In this document: positions 37,251 to 46,354 of the stretch, piece by piece
Position numbering within the stretch: the first letter of the stretch is position 1
Layout of the letters: each line of letters starts with the position of its first letter
From: Myxococcota bacterium
GTDB lineage: Bacteria; Myxococcota_C; UBA6777
Length of the DNA stretch: 64,000 bases
Assembly (NCBI GenBank): GCA_023150835.1
Contig: JAKLKB010000001.1
Location: 62,001-126,000 of the forward strand
Direction: 5' to 3'
Made by a program: the position numbers and the translations under genes
The notes under the pieces: generated by a model
What the model saw: the letters and a program-made list of their open reading frames with translations, nothing else
Database searches by the model: none
What the model was told of the DNA's origin: nothing

Positions 37251-39307
37251 GAATCCTCCTGTGTTTTTTCTTCTAAGTAGTCGCGAAATGCCTCTTGGGC
37301 ATGGACCTTTTTGCGGCCCTTCTTTTTGTAAACATTGCGTTGCTGTGCATCCAAGATCCGCGCTTTGCAGTTGTCGCGCAGTTGGATATCAAAAAAGCTT
37401 CGGATCTCCTCTTGGATCGAGGCGTCATAGATCGGACAGGCCACTTCGATCCGATGATTGAGATTGCGGTTCATCCAATCTGCCGACGTCAAGTAATACA
37501 ACGGATCGCCTCCGTTGCAAAAGACCATCAATCGGGTGTGTTCGAGAAAGCGACCGACGATGCTGATCACCTCGATGTTTTCGCTTAGTTCGGGGACATT
37601 TGGAATCAGAGAGCAATTCGAACGAACAATCGCGTGGATCTTCACGCCCGCGCAACTTGCTAAATACAACTTGTCGATCATCTCTTGATCCACCAAGCTG
37701 TTGATCTTCAAATAGATATAGGCGTCCAATCCTTGTTTGGCGCAGGCGATCTCGTTGTCGATCAGGCGCAAAAATCGTTTGCGCATTTGAAACGGCGACA
37801 CCACCAAGTGCTGATAACGCCCCACTTTGATGTTGTCTTCAAAAAATTGAAAGATCTGACTGACTTCGTTGGTGATGCGTGGATCGGCGGTAAATAGGCT
37901 GCAATCGCTGTAAAACCGTGAGGTCACTTCGTTGTAGTTGCCCGTACTCAGATTGGCGTAATGCACCCGCTTGCCTTGTTCAACACGTCGAATCAAGCAC
38001 AGCTTGGCGTGGACTTTGTAGCCCGGGACACCATACAACACCTTGGCCCCTTCTTCTTCGAGTTTGTTGGCCCAGTAGATGTTGGCCTCTTCGTCAAATC
38101 GGGCTTGTAGCTCCATCACGACGGTCACATCGGTTCCGTTTTTCACCGCGTTGATCAGCGCATTGACGATGTTGGAGTTTTTCGCCACCCGATACAACGT
38201 CATCTTGATCGCCTCGACCTTCGGATCGATCGCGGCCTCGCGCAAAAGATCGATCATCGAATCAAACGAATGATACGGATAGTGCAGCATGATATCGCGC
38301 TGCTTGATCGCGTTCAATAGGCTTTTTTCGCCGTGAAACCCGTCATGGGCAACCGTCTGAAAAGGCGGATAACGAAGGCTTTCTGAGCCGATCGTTGGAA
38401 AGTCGATAAAGTCTTTAAAGTTGTGGTAGCGTCCCCCCGGGATCCAGTTGTCTCGCTGTGTCAGTCCAAGCTTTTTCCCAAAAAATTGCAGCAGATCAGT
38501 AGGCATGGTCTCGTCGTACACAAAACGTACTGGACGCCCTCTTTTCCGCTGCTTGAGGCTTTTCGATATCTTGTCGATGTAGCTTTCAAAGGCGTCGTTG
38601 TGGATATCAAGCTCTGCATCGCGTGTCAGCTTGATCGTGTAGGCTTCGATCGTTTCAAAGTCGAATACCGCAAAGATCTGATCGAGATTGAGGCGGATGA
38701 CATCATCGAGCAAGATGATCTGATGCGTTCCTGCGGGGCTTGGAAGCACCACAAAACGCGATAAGTCTTCCGAGGGGATCTCGATCAATGCATACTTTTT
38801 CCGATCTTCTTGTGAAAGGTAGATCGCAAAGTAAATACTCTTGTCTTTAAGGTAAGGAAATTTCTTGATGTGCGCGCCCATGATGATCGGAACAAGACTG
38901 GGCTGCACTCGTGATCGAAAGTACTCGCGCACAAAGGCTTCTTGCTCTTTGGACAGTTGCTTCTCGCTCAAGATCCAGATCTGGTGTGCCGCAAGATCCG
39001 CAAGAATCTTTTGGTAGGTTTGCTCAAAAAGATCCTGTAGCTGCACCACGCGCTCGTGGATCTCATCCAGCACTTCTTGGGGATCTGTTTTTAAGACCTT
39101 TTCTGCTTCCTTGCGGCTTTGTAGTGCGCGCTTGAGGGTGGCAACACGCACACGAAAAAACTCATCCAAGTTCGATGAAAAGATCCCCAAAAACTTGACC
39201 TTCTCCAACAGCGGAACCTGCCGATCATTGGCTTCTTGAAGGACGCGTGCATTAAACGACAGCCAACTGATATCACGATTGGTATAAGATATCTTCTTTT
39301 TTGGCAT
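37247..39307 (-). CDS. ppk1: Polyphosphate kinase 1
   Basis: NRDISWLSFNARVL, SSNLDEFF.VRVA, HYPYHSF, TLYRVA, ARFDEEANI, KVHAK, GRFLEH.R, SADWM.RN. Confidence 0.97.
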   Translation of the reverse strand: MPKKKISYTNRDISWLSFNARVLQEANDRQVPLLEKVKFLGIFSSNLDEFFRVRVATLKRALQSRKEAEKVLKTDPQEVLDEIHERVVQLQDLFEQTYQKILADLAAHQIWILSEKQLSKEQEAFVREYFRSRVQPSLVPIIMGAHIKKFPYLKDKSIYFAIYLSQEDRKKYALIEIPSEDLSRFVVLPSPAGTHQIILLDDVIRLNLDQIFAVFDFETIEAYTIKLTRDAELDIHNDAFESYIDKISKSLKQRKRGRPVRFVYDETMPTDLLQFFGKKLGLTQRDNWIPGGRYHNFKDFIDFPTIGSESLRYPPFQTVAHDGFHGEKSLLNAIKQRDIMLHYPYHSFDSMIDLLREAAIDPKVEAIKMTLYRVAKNSNIVNALINAVKNGTDVTVVMELQARFDEEANIYWANKLEEEGAKVLYGVPGYKVHAKLCLIRRVEQGKRVHYANLSTGNYNEVTSRFYSDCSLFTADPRITNEVSQIFQFFEDNIKVGRYQHLVVSPFQMRKRFLRLIDNEIACAKQGLDAYIYLKINSLVDQEMIDKLYLASCAGVKIHAIVRSNCSLIPNVPELSENIEVISIVGRFLEHTRLMVFCNGGDPLYYLTSADWMNRNLNHRIEVACPIYDASIQEEIRSFFDIQLRDNCKARILDAQQRNVYKKKGRKKVHAQEAFRDYLEEKTQEDS

Positions 39308-39325
39308 AAGAGAACATCCTTGATG

Positions 39326-40954
39326 TTATTCAGAAGGGGGCAACTTGGATCGGGGCGAGCGGTTCGATTGAGTCGATGGATTTGTTTTGCTGGAGTTGGT
39401 TTTTGGGGTTGGATTGGTTTTTGGGGTTGGATTGGTTTTTGGGGTTGGATTGGTTTTTGGGGTTGGATTGGTTTTTGGGGTTGGATTGGTTTTTGAGGGA
39501 CGCTGGCGGCGAGGGGGTGCTGTGGGGGAAGTTGTCAAGGGAGGTGTGTCTTGTGTTGGGGGGACGGTCTCGACGAGCGGATCTGGCGGCGAATGAAGGT
39601 TAACAGAGGTCGAAGAGTCCGATCCTTGGGGGAGTTCTGCGGTGGCATCGATTCGGCTGGTGTCGGTGGTGAGCGCGGGTTCGGTGGGGGGAGGCATGAA
39701 GGACGAAGAGAGCGAGTCGATCGAAGGCGAAGACAGCGAGGCCGTCTCGTGAGTAGGCGAAGACAGCGAGGCCGTCTCGTGAGTAGGCGAAGACAGCGAG
39801 GCCGTCTCGTGAGTAGGCGAAGACAGCGAGTCGATCGAAGGTGAAGACAGCGAGTCGATCGAAGGTGAAGACAGCGAGGCCGTTTCGTGAGCAGGCGAAG
39901 AGGGCCGATGCGAAGGCAAAAGAGGGCTGTTGGGAGTGGAGGAAGGCGGAGTGTTTTGGAGATTGCGGGCGATCTTTTCAAGGATCTTGGGAGAGATGGG
40001 TTTGGGCTTTCGCTTACAACCTTTGCATCGACCAAACAGCGCGAGATGCTTGAGATTTACTTTTTTTTGCTTCTCTGTTTTCTTTTGCTTTTCTGCGGAG
40101 CGAAGCTCTTCCTTTTTCGCTTTTCGCGGCTTTTCTTTCTCTTTCTCGGCGGAAGCTATTTTTTCAGAAGGATTCTGTTTTTTTGTTTTTTTTTCTATTT
40201 TTTCGCTTTCTTCTTTTTCAGCAGATACTTTTTCAGCAGATACTTTTTTCGCCAGTTTTTTTGCCGCTTTTTCGATGATCTCTTTCATCTTGGGTGAAAG
40301 TTCTGAAACAAGAGTTTGTGCGGCTGCTTCGAGTTTTTCCGTAAGTTGTATTTGTAAATGTTTTTGGATTTGTTTTTCTGGTGTTTGTTTTTCTGATGTT
40401 TGTTTTTCTGATGTTTGTTTTTCTGATGTTTGTTTTTCTGGTGTTTGTTTTTCTAGGCGTTTGGGTGAGTTGGCTGGGAGGACTTCGAGAAAATCAAAGG
40501 TATTGATTTGCTTTTGGAGATCGCGCCAAAACTCGACAGGGCAGGAGATGCCGATGAGGCCGCCTGTCGGGAGTGGCTGATTGTAGTGGTTAGAGAGAGC
40601 GCGGGCGAGGTCTTCAAAGGAGGGGTTATGACCAAACAAGCAGACAGCTTCGTGTTGATCGTCGAGTGTGCGCAACAGCCGCCACAGTCCTTCGTGATCG
40701 TCGGTGTAGAGGCGTTCGTTGATGTGGATGCTTTCGAGGGGGCGTTGCCATTCTTCGCAGAAGATCTTGGCGGTTTCTGCGGCGCGACGTGCGGGGCTTG
40801 AAAGCAAGAGCGGAGGAGTGAGACCTGCGTGGAGCAAGAATTGGGCGGCATGGCGGGATTCTTGGGTCCCTTCGTGGACGAGTGGGCGTTCAGCGTCAAG
40901 AAGGCCCGTTTGTTTGAGGGCTTTGCCGTGTCGGACAAGGTAGATTTTTTTCAT
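39326..40954 (-). CDS. sixA: SixA-like phosphohistidine phosphatase with long low-complexity C-terminal tail
   Basis: LVRHG, ERPL, SSPARRAAETA, GHNP, PTGG in the first ~165 aa, then K/E-rich and S/P/T-rich repeats. Confidence 0.85.
   Translation of the reverse strand: MKKIYLVRHGKALKQTGLLDAERPLVHEGTQESRHAAQFLLHAGLTPPLLLSSPARRAAETAKIFCEEWQRPLESIHINERLYTDDHEGLWRLLRTLDDQHEAVCLFGHNPSFEDLARALSNHYNQPLPTGGLIGISCPVEFWRDLQKQINTFDFLEVLPANSPKRLEKQTPEKQTSEKQTSEKQTSEKQTPEKQIQKHLQIQLTEKLEAAAQTLVSELSPKMKEIIEKAAKKLAKKVSAEKVSAEKEESEKIEKKTKKQNPSEKIASAEKEKEKPRKAKKEELRSAEKQKKTEKQKKVNLKHLALFGRCKGCKRKPKPISPKILEKIARNLQNTPPSSTPNSPLLPSHRPSSPAHETASLSSPSIDSLSSPSIDSLSSPTHETASLSSPTHETASLSSPTHETASLSSPSIDSLSSSFMPPPTEPALTTDTSRIDATAELPQGSDSSTSVNLHSPPDPLVETVPPTQDTPPLTTSPTAPPRRQRPSKTNPTPKTNPTPKTNPTPKTNPTPKTNPTPKTNSSKTNPSTQSNRSPRSKLPPSE
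39396..39495. repeat. 18-bp coding VNTR (PKTNPT)
   Basis: TTGGTTTTTGGGGTTGGA, about 5.5 copies. Confidence 0.9.
39704..39900. repeat. 30-bp and 24-bp coding tandem repeats (SLSSPTHETA / SLSSPSID)
   Basis: GAAGACAGCGAGGCCGTCTCGTGAGTAGGC x3, interleaved with GAAGACAGCGAGTCGATCGAAGG units. Confidence 0.85.
40369..40455. repeat. 15-bp coding VNTR (EKQTS/P)
   Basis: GTTTGTTTTTCTG(A/G)T, about 6 copies. Confidence 0.9.
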
Positions 40955-41105
40955 GGATCTGTTATCTCGGCGGTGGTGGGGACAATCGAGAGCAATCGGG
41001 GGGGGAACATACCAATCCGTTTCGCGGCCTGTCAAGGGCGATATGGTGGTTTGTGAACAAGCGGGCAGAAAAAGTGCGTAGAGTTGCAGAGAGCAGAGGG
41101 GCGGT

Positions 41106-44100
41106 TTAGGGGACGATGCTGATGCGGAGGGGGTGCTGCCAGAACTTGAGGTCGTCGTTGTAGTAGGGGTAGGCAGAAGAGGCGGGGCCCGTGTAGTTGC
41201 CGGTGACGTGGGCGACGAGGTCGAGGTGGAGGGTGCGTCGGGCTTTCGGTTCCATCTGGCGCAAATAGACGATCAGTTCGCGGGGATGGAGTTCATAAAA
41301 GTCGACGATGTTTTTTTCTTTGAGTTCTTTGAGTTGCCAGATCTGGGGGGTGAGGCCGCCGGGAAAGGCGATGCGTGCGAGAGTCATGGCTTGGGGTTGG
41401 TCGCTTTTATTGAGGATCGAGGCGGAGAGGCGGGTGATCTCGCCGAGTTTGAGGCGGCGTTTGCTCATCTCGATCTCAAGGTGTATGGGGGCGTTCGGGG
41501 CGGAAGGAGGTGTGTAGATGTAGAAGGAGGCGTGGGCGCTAAAGGGGATGTTGGCTTTGCCTTTGAGCGAAACGTTGAGTTGATTTTTTCCCGGATGTAG
41601 GGGGATTTTTTTGTAGATGGAGCTACTTACGTTGCTTTGTTGGGGATCGAGGGTTTGGGCGAAGAAGGGAGTGTCGTCGAGTGAGGCGAGTAGGTCGTAC
41701 TTGGCGGAGGTGGAAGGGAAGCGTTGTTCAAAGGCGGCAAGGGCTTGGAGGGCGAGAACGGTGGCTTGGGTGGCTCCATAACGCCCGTACATACTGCGTT
41801 GTTGTTGAAGCCAAGATAGCGAAGGCGTGATCTGTTCTTCGGGCATACGGGCGCGTAGCATGGCGAGGATGGCGAAGGAGGTGGTTTCGATGGCGAGGTT
41901 GCGACCGTAGGAGCCGACAAACGAGCCACGGCGGCCTTGGAAATGCCCACCTGCGCGGCGTTGTTTGAGCAGTTGGTTCAAATAAGCCGAAGCTTGGGCG
42001 CTTTTGGGGCCGTTGGCATGTTGGGTGGCGAGGGTAGCGAGAGCGAGTAGGTAGGCGTCTTGGGACTTCGTTGCGGTATGTTGCGTGGCGGAAAGCTCGG
42101 TGGATAGGTCACGTTCACCTGCTTCAAACAGAGCGAAAGTGATGTAGGCGTTATGAACATCGCGGGAAGTGTTTCCAAAGTCGCCGTAGCTTCGGCCTGT
42201 ACGAAAGCCGCCATTTCCGTTTCGGCGGCTTTTGAGCCAACGGCGTGTGCGTTCGAGCAGGGCTTTGCTGACGGGATAGACTTCGCGCATGGCGAGGAAT
42301 TGGAGGAGGCCGTAAGCGGAGAGGGCTTCGTCAGCGGGAGGGGAGCCGTACCAATCGAAGCCACCGCCTCGGATCTCAAAGCTGATCAGACGGCGATATC
42401 CCGAAGCGAGATAGCGATGGGCGCGGGCGTAAAGGGCGGGATTGTCGATGCGTTTTTGTTTGAGGTAGCGCAAGGCCATGATGTTGGGGTAGTTGGTGGC
42501 GGAAGTTTGTTCAAAGCAACCCGACGGATAGCGGAGCATACCAGCGGCGGCTTGGGTCATGCCTTGGAGGGAAGAGGTGTAGAGTTTGAGTTGGGTGTGG
42601 AGATTGGTGAAATCTCTGGCTGGAGGGAGTTGCAAGGCGAACTGTTGGGTTTTTTCGTTTCGAAGGGTGCCGGAAACACCGATTTGGCGGGGGAATCCGC
42701 GAGGTCGGATGCGGATAGATTGTGAGATCGCATCGGAGAGACCTTGGGAGGTGGCGGTGATGCTGACGGAACCTTCGCCGCGTGGGGCTTGAACACGTAG
42801 CGGCAAAAAGGTGGTGATACCTTCGTTGGGCTGAAGGGTGAGGCCGTCTGCAAAAGGATCTTCGAGCAGTTTAAAGTGATGGCTGATCTGGAGCTTGGTG
42901 TGGAGGGTGAGGGGGGTTTTGCTGTCGTTGCGTAAGGTGATGGGGAGGACCATCGCGTCGGAGGAGGAGACTTCGTTGGGGATGCGGACGGCGAGGAAGA
43001 AGGGCCGCTTGGAGGCGATGGTATGTGTTTTTCGTCCGATGTATCCGCCGCCAACGCTGGTGGTGAGGATCCGAAAAGAGGTGATGCTATCGTTGAGACC
43101 GAAGCTGATCTTGGCTTCTCCCCAAGCATCCGTTTTGATCAACGGGTTCCAATACAGGGTTTCGCGAAAGTCTGTGCGTTGTGTGGGGGCTTGGGCTTGG
43201 GTTGGTTGTGCGGGTGGTGTGGGGGCTGTGTTGGCTTGGGCGTAAAAGCGGATCGGGAAGACGCGAGGAGTTTGCCAAGAGAGTCGTGCAAACAACGAAG
43301 CTGTGGGTGTGGTTGCGATCGCTGTGGGGGGAGCCATGCCGCGATGATCGGCGGCACTCCATCTGCGTCGGGCTTTGTCTCGCTTGCCACGCGCTCCTCG
43401 ACGAGAACGGCGTACACGACGAGCCCGCGATTTTTTCGGACGAGCTGCTTCGTCTGCGCTGATCGGTCGGACGATATCAGCAGGGGGAGATTGTTTCGCG
43501 GCTACGTTGCCCATCACAGGCGCAGGATCGGGGTTGGCGCGCTGTTGTTCTTGTGAGGGCGCAGGTTCTGCGGAGGGGGCGCTTTGTGTGTTGCTTGCAA
43601 CGGAGGGGCTTTTTTCAAGATCGGGGGAAGGCATCGGGATCCGCGCAGGCGGCGGTGATTCGGGCTTTTGTGCGTGTGCGGAAGGGGTAGGTCTTGCGGC
43701 AGGGGTGGGGGTGGGTAAGTCGGCGGGAGACGCGGCAGGTGTGGGGGGGGCGGTGATGGCGGGTTTTGCGCGGCGTTTGGAGCGCGGAGAGGAGCCGTTT
43801 TCTGTTCGGCTTCGGCTGCCGTAGCCGCGTCCCATTCCGCCGATGTTACCGCGTCTTGTCTCGCCGCCCAACAGTCCGAGCGCAGTGCCTCCGCCGCTGA
43901 CTCCATCGCCTCGCATACCGATGCCTCCCGAAGGCTCAGCAGGGCTTTGGATCGTTGTCGTGGGTTCGGCGGGGGATTCGTAGCGTTGTACTGTGTACCC
44001 GCCATAGCCGCGAAAACGTCGATACCTTCGGTTTTGGCGGAGCCACAGCGCTTGTTGGATCGCGGATTCATCTTGGGCGAGCGGTTGTTGAAGAAACGAT

Positions 44101-46010
44101 GTATCGGGGATCTCGGTGAGTGCTGCGAGGGCTTTGGGAGGGCGTCCTATTTTGAGGATCTTCCATGAAAAGTCGCGCCACCCGTGAGTTCCCATCACGA
44201 GGTCGATGGCGGCGAAGCGTTGTTTGTTGGAAGCGCGGAAGTAGCGGTTGGGCTTGTAGATCTTGCCGACGAGTTGGGCGGTGAGGTGGCGTTGGGTGAG
44301 CAGGTGTGGTTCGTGGTCATCGGCGTAGGTGAGGACGGTATCATCGACGACCGCGACACCAAGGCGGGCATCTTTGAGCGGTTTTCCTTGGAGGTCCGTC
44401 ACGCGGAGTTTGAGATGCGCGGTTTGACGGGGCTGATAGCTCGGTTGATCGGGGATAATCTCGATCTTGACTTGTTGGTCGAGGTGTCGAAACACCAAGC
44501 GCTCGGCGAGTGGGGTGCGATACGCTGCATCAAACAACGTCAGGCGCACGATCCCTCGTTTTTGCGCGGTCAACGGGAGTTTGAGGTGCTGTGCGCCTTG
44601 TTGGAGCGTGTAGCTTTGGTGTCCGATGATCTGCTCGTGTTGCATCGCCATGACAACGATCTGACGGGGCTTTTGCGCTTCGACAAGGATCTGGAGATCG
44701 GCGTTTTTGGTGTGCCAATCGTCCACCAGCCGCATGGTCAAACCGACATTGCGGCTTGTGGAGGGCAAGGGGTAGCGTTCGGTTAGGCCGATGGGGCGTG
44801 TAATTCGCAACGTGTAGGTTTGTTTGTCTATTGGAACGAAGCTGAATCGGCCCATGCCATCGTAGAAAGATCGAACTTCGGCGATCTTGGTTCCTGTGCT
44901 GTCTTCGATGATCCCTTCGACGTCTTGGGGCTTTTGGTCGATCTCTCGACGGATCGAGAAGTAGACGCGGTTTTGGAGTCCGCTGACCAGACCGCCGCCC
45001 TCGGGGAAAAACCCGACCAACAGGCGCTTGGCGCGAAGGGGGATGGCGCGAGAGAGCGATTCTTGTGCGCCCGACTCCGTCACGAAGGCCGTCAGGGTGC
45101 CTTCTTCGGAAGAGGTTTCTTTCGGTAGATCGGCGCGCAACAAGACGTGACCTTTGTCGTTGGTTTTGGCGGTCCATTGGCGAAATACGCGGCCTGAGAG
45201 GGCGGCTTCTGCGCGGACGGGGTGGTTGGCCAAGATCACCCCTGCAGCGGTCTTGACGCGCAGCGTGGCCTCGATGGTATCGCCGGGTCCGTATCCTTTG
45301 CGTACGAATTCCATTTTCATTTGGAGGCGAGGTGGTTGGTAGGCCATGACAAAGATTTTTTTCTCGGCCTTGCTTTGGGTGCTTTCGAAGTGGAGGTGGA
45401 GTGTGTACTCACCGCCTTTTGCGTCGCTGCTGAGAGAAAAGGCGGTCATGGTGTGGCCTTGAGCGACGGGGAGTTTGTGTCGGTGCACGATATCGCCGCG
45501 AGGTCCGCGCAATTCAAAGATCGCGGCATCGAGGGCTTGGCGGGTGTCGTTGGTGTATTCTTGGATCTCGACACCGCGCACCCAGATGGTTTCGCTTGGT
45601 TTGTAAAGGGGCTTGTCGGTTTCGAGGAGCAGCCGGTAGCTGCGGCCTTTTCCGATGGAGCGTTTGATCCGCTCGGCAAATCCGCGATCTTGGAGCTTTA
45701 ATTTTTGGGATGAACACAGTGGGCCTTCGGCGGGAAGGGCGGCGAGTTGTTTTTGTGCGGTGGGAGGGGCAGGAGATGGAGCAAGCGCAGGCGCGGGAGG
45801 GATCGGAGATTTGTCGGAAAAGCGCAAGGGCGCAAAGCGCGGCATCGGCGGTGTAGCCCAGCCCCAGTCGATAAAGCTGAGGGGGGCTTTGGTGAGGCGA
45901 TCGACGTTTTGGGCGATCTGACGGGGTTCACAAGCGAGGCTGCCGCCGAGGAGTAGTGCTGTGCCAAAGAGCCACAGCACGCTTTGTTTGAGGCGTTTGT
46001 TTTTTTTCAA
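41106..46010 (-). CDS. Alpha-2-macroglobulin family lipoprotein
   Basis: Lipobox SLAC, MG2 motif ETDKPLYKPSETIW, FFPEGG, RTDFRETLYWNP, thioester motif PSGCFEQT, YGATQATVLALQAL. Confidence 0.9.
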   Translation of the reverse strand: MKKNKRLKQSVLWLFGTALLLGGSLACEPRQIAQNVDRLTKAPLSFIDWGWATPPMPRFAPLRFSDKSPIPPAPALAPSPAPPTAQKQLAALPAEGPLCSSQKLKLQDRGFAERIKRSIGKGRSYRLLLETDKPLYKPSETIWVRGVEIQEYTNDTRQALDAAIFELRGPRGDIVHRHKLPVAQGHTMTAFSLSSDAKGGEYTLHLHFESTQSKAEKKIFVMAYQPPRLQMKMEFVRKGYGPGDTIEATLRVKTAAGVILANHPVRAEAALSGRVFRQWTAKTNDKGHVLLRADLPKETSSEEGTLTAFVTESGAQESLSRAIPLRAKRLLVGFFPEGGGLVSGLQNRVYFSIRREIDQKPQDVEGIIEDSTGTKIAEVRSFYDGMGRFSFVPIDKQTYTLRITRPIGLTERYPLPSTSRNVGLTMRLVDDWHTKNADLQILVEAQKPRQIVVMAMQHEQIIGHQSYTLQQGAQHLKLPLTAQKRGIVRLTLFDAAYRTPLAERLVFRHLDQQVKIEIIPDQPSYQPRQTAHLKLRVTDLQGKPLKDARLGVAVVDDTVLTYADDHEPHLLTQRHLTAQLVGKIYKPNRYFRASNKQRFAAIDLVMGTHGWRDFSWKILKIGRPPKALAALTEIPDTSFLQQPLAQDESAIQQALWLRQNRRYRRFRGYGGYTVQRYESPAEPTTTIQSPAEPSGGIGMRGDGVSGGGTALGLLGGETRRGNIGGMGRGYGSRSRTENGSSPRSKRRAKPAITAPPTPAASPADLPTPTPAARPTPSAHAQKPESPPPARIPMPSPDLEKSPSVASNTQSAPSAEPAPSQEQQRANPDPAPVMGNVAAKQSPPADIVRPISADEAARPKKSRARRVRRSRRGARGKRDKARRRWSAADHRGMAPPTAIATTPTASLFARLSWQTPRVFPIRFYAQANTAPTPPAQPTQAQAPTQRTDFRETLYWNPLIKTDAWGEAKISFGLNDSITSFRILTTSVGGGYIGRKTHTIASKRPFFLAVRIPNEVSSSDAMVLPITLRNDSKTPLTLHTKLQISHHFKLLEDPFADGLTLQPNEGITTFLPLRVQAPRGEGSVSITATSQGLSDAISQSIRIRPRGFPRQIGVSGTLRNEKTQQFALQLPPARDFTNLHTQLKLYTSSLQGMTQAAAGMLRYPSGCFEQTSATNYPNIMALRYLKQKRIDNPALYARAHRYLASGYRRLISFEIRGGGFDWYGSPPADEALSAYGLLQFLAMREVYPVSKALLERTRRWLKSRRNGNGGFRTGRSYGDFGNTSRDVHNAYITFALFEAGERDLSTELSATQHTATKSQDAYLLALATLATQHANGPKSAQASAYLNQLLKQRRAGGHFQGRRGSFVGSYGRNLAIETTSFAILAMLRARMPEEQITPSLSWLQQQRSMYGRYGATQATVLALQALAAFEQRFPSTSAKYDLLASLDDTPFFAQTLDPQQSNVSSSIYKKIPLHPGKNQLNVSLKGKANIPFSAHASFYIYTPPSAPNAPIHLEIEMSKRRLKLGEITRLSASILNKSDQPQAMTLARIAFPGGLTPQIWQLKELKEKNIVDFYELHPRELIVYLRQMEPKARRTLHLDLVAHVTGNYTGPASSAYPYYNDDLKFWQHPLRISIVP

Positions 46011-46354
46011 GAGTCTCGTCTCCTTCGTAGGTTTCGATCGGCGATGTGCGCGGCGTGTGGAGGGGGGAGCCTACTTGCGTGCCAAGTCGCTTCTTTGTAC
46101 TTTGCTGCGCGAGCGCATCGGGGCTTGTCGAGTTTTCTTTGGCCCTATCTCATTTCGTTGGGGTCAGCGGTGGGATACAGAGCGCGATCTCGTTGAACGA
46201 CACACGACGTTTTGCGATCTAAATCTTGTTTGTGCCTTGTGGTTTCTGGCCGAACGCTTGTGCGGATGGTTGGCTGGATCGTGAAAAAGTTCCCATGTAC
46301 GGTGTGTTTGATCTGTCTGCTTGGTGTGCAGTTTGTAAAAAGGAGCAACGTTTG

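Noticed and set aside
39376-39603. (GLDWFL)n / (GVGLVF)n repeat peptides
   Set aside because: Antisense frames of the 18-bp VNTR in the sixA tail.
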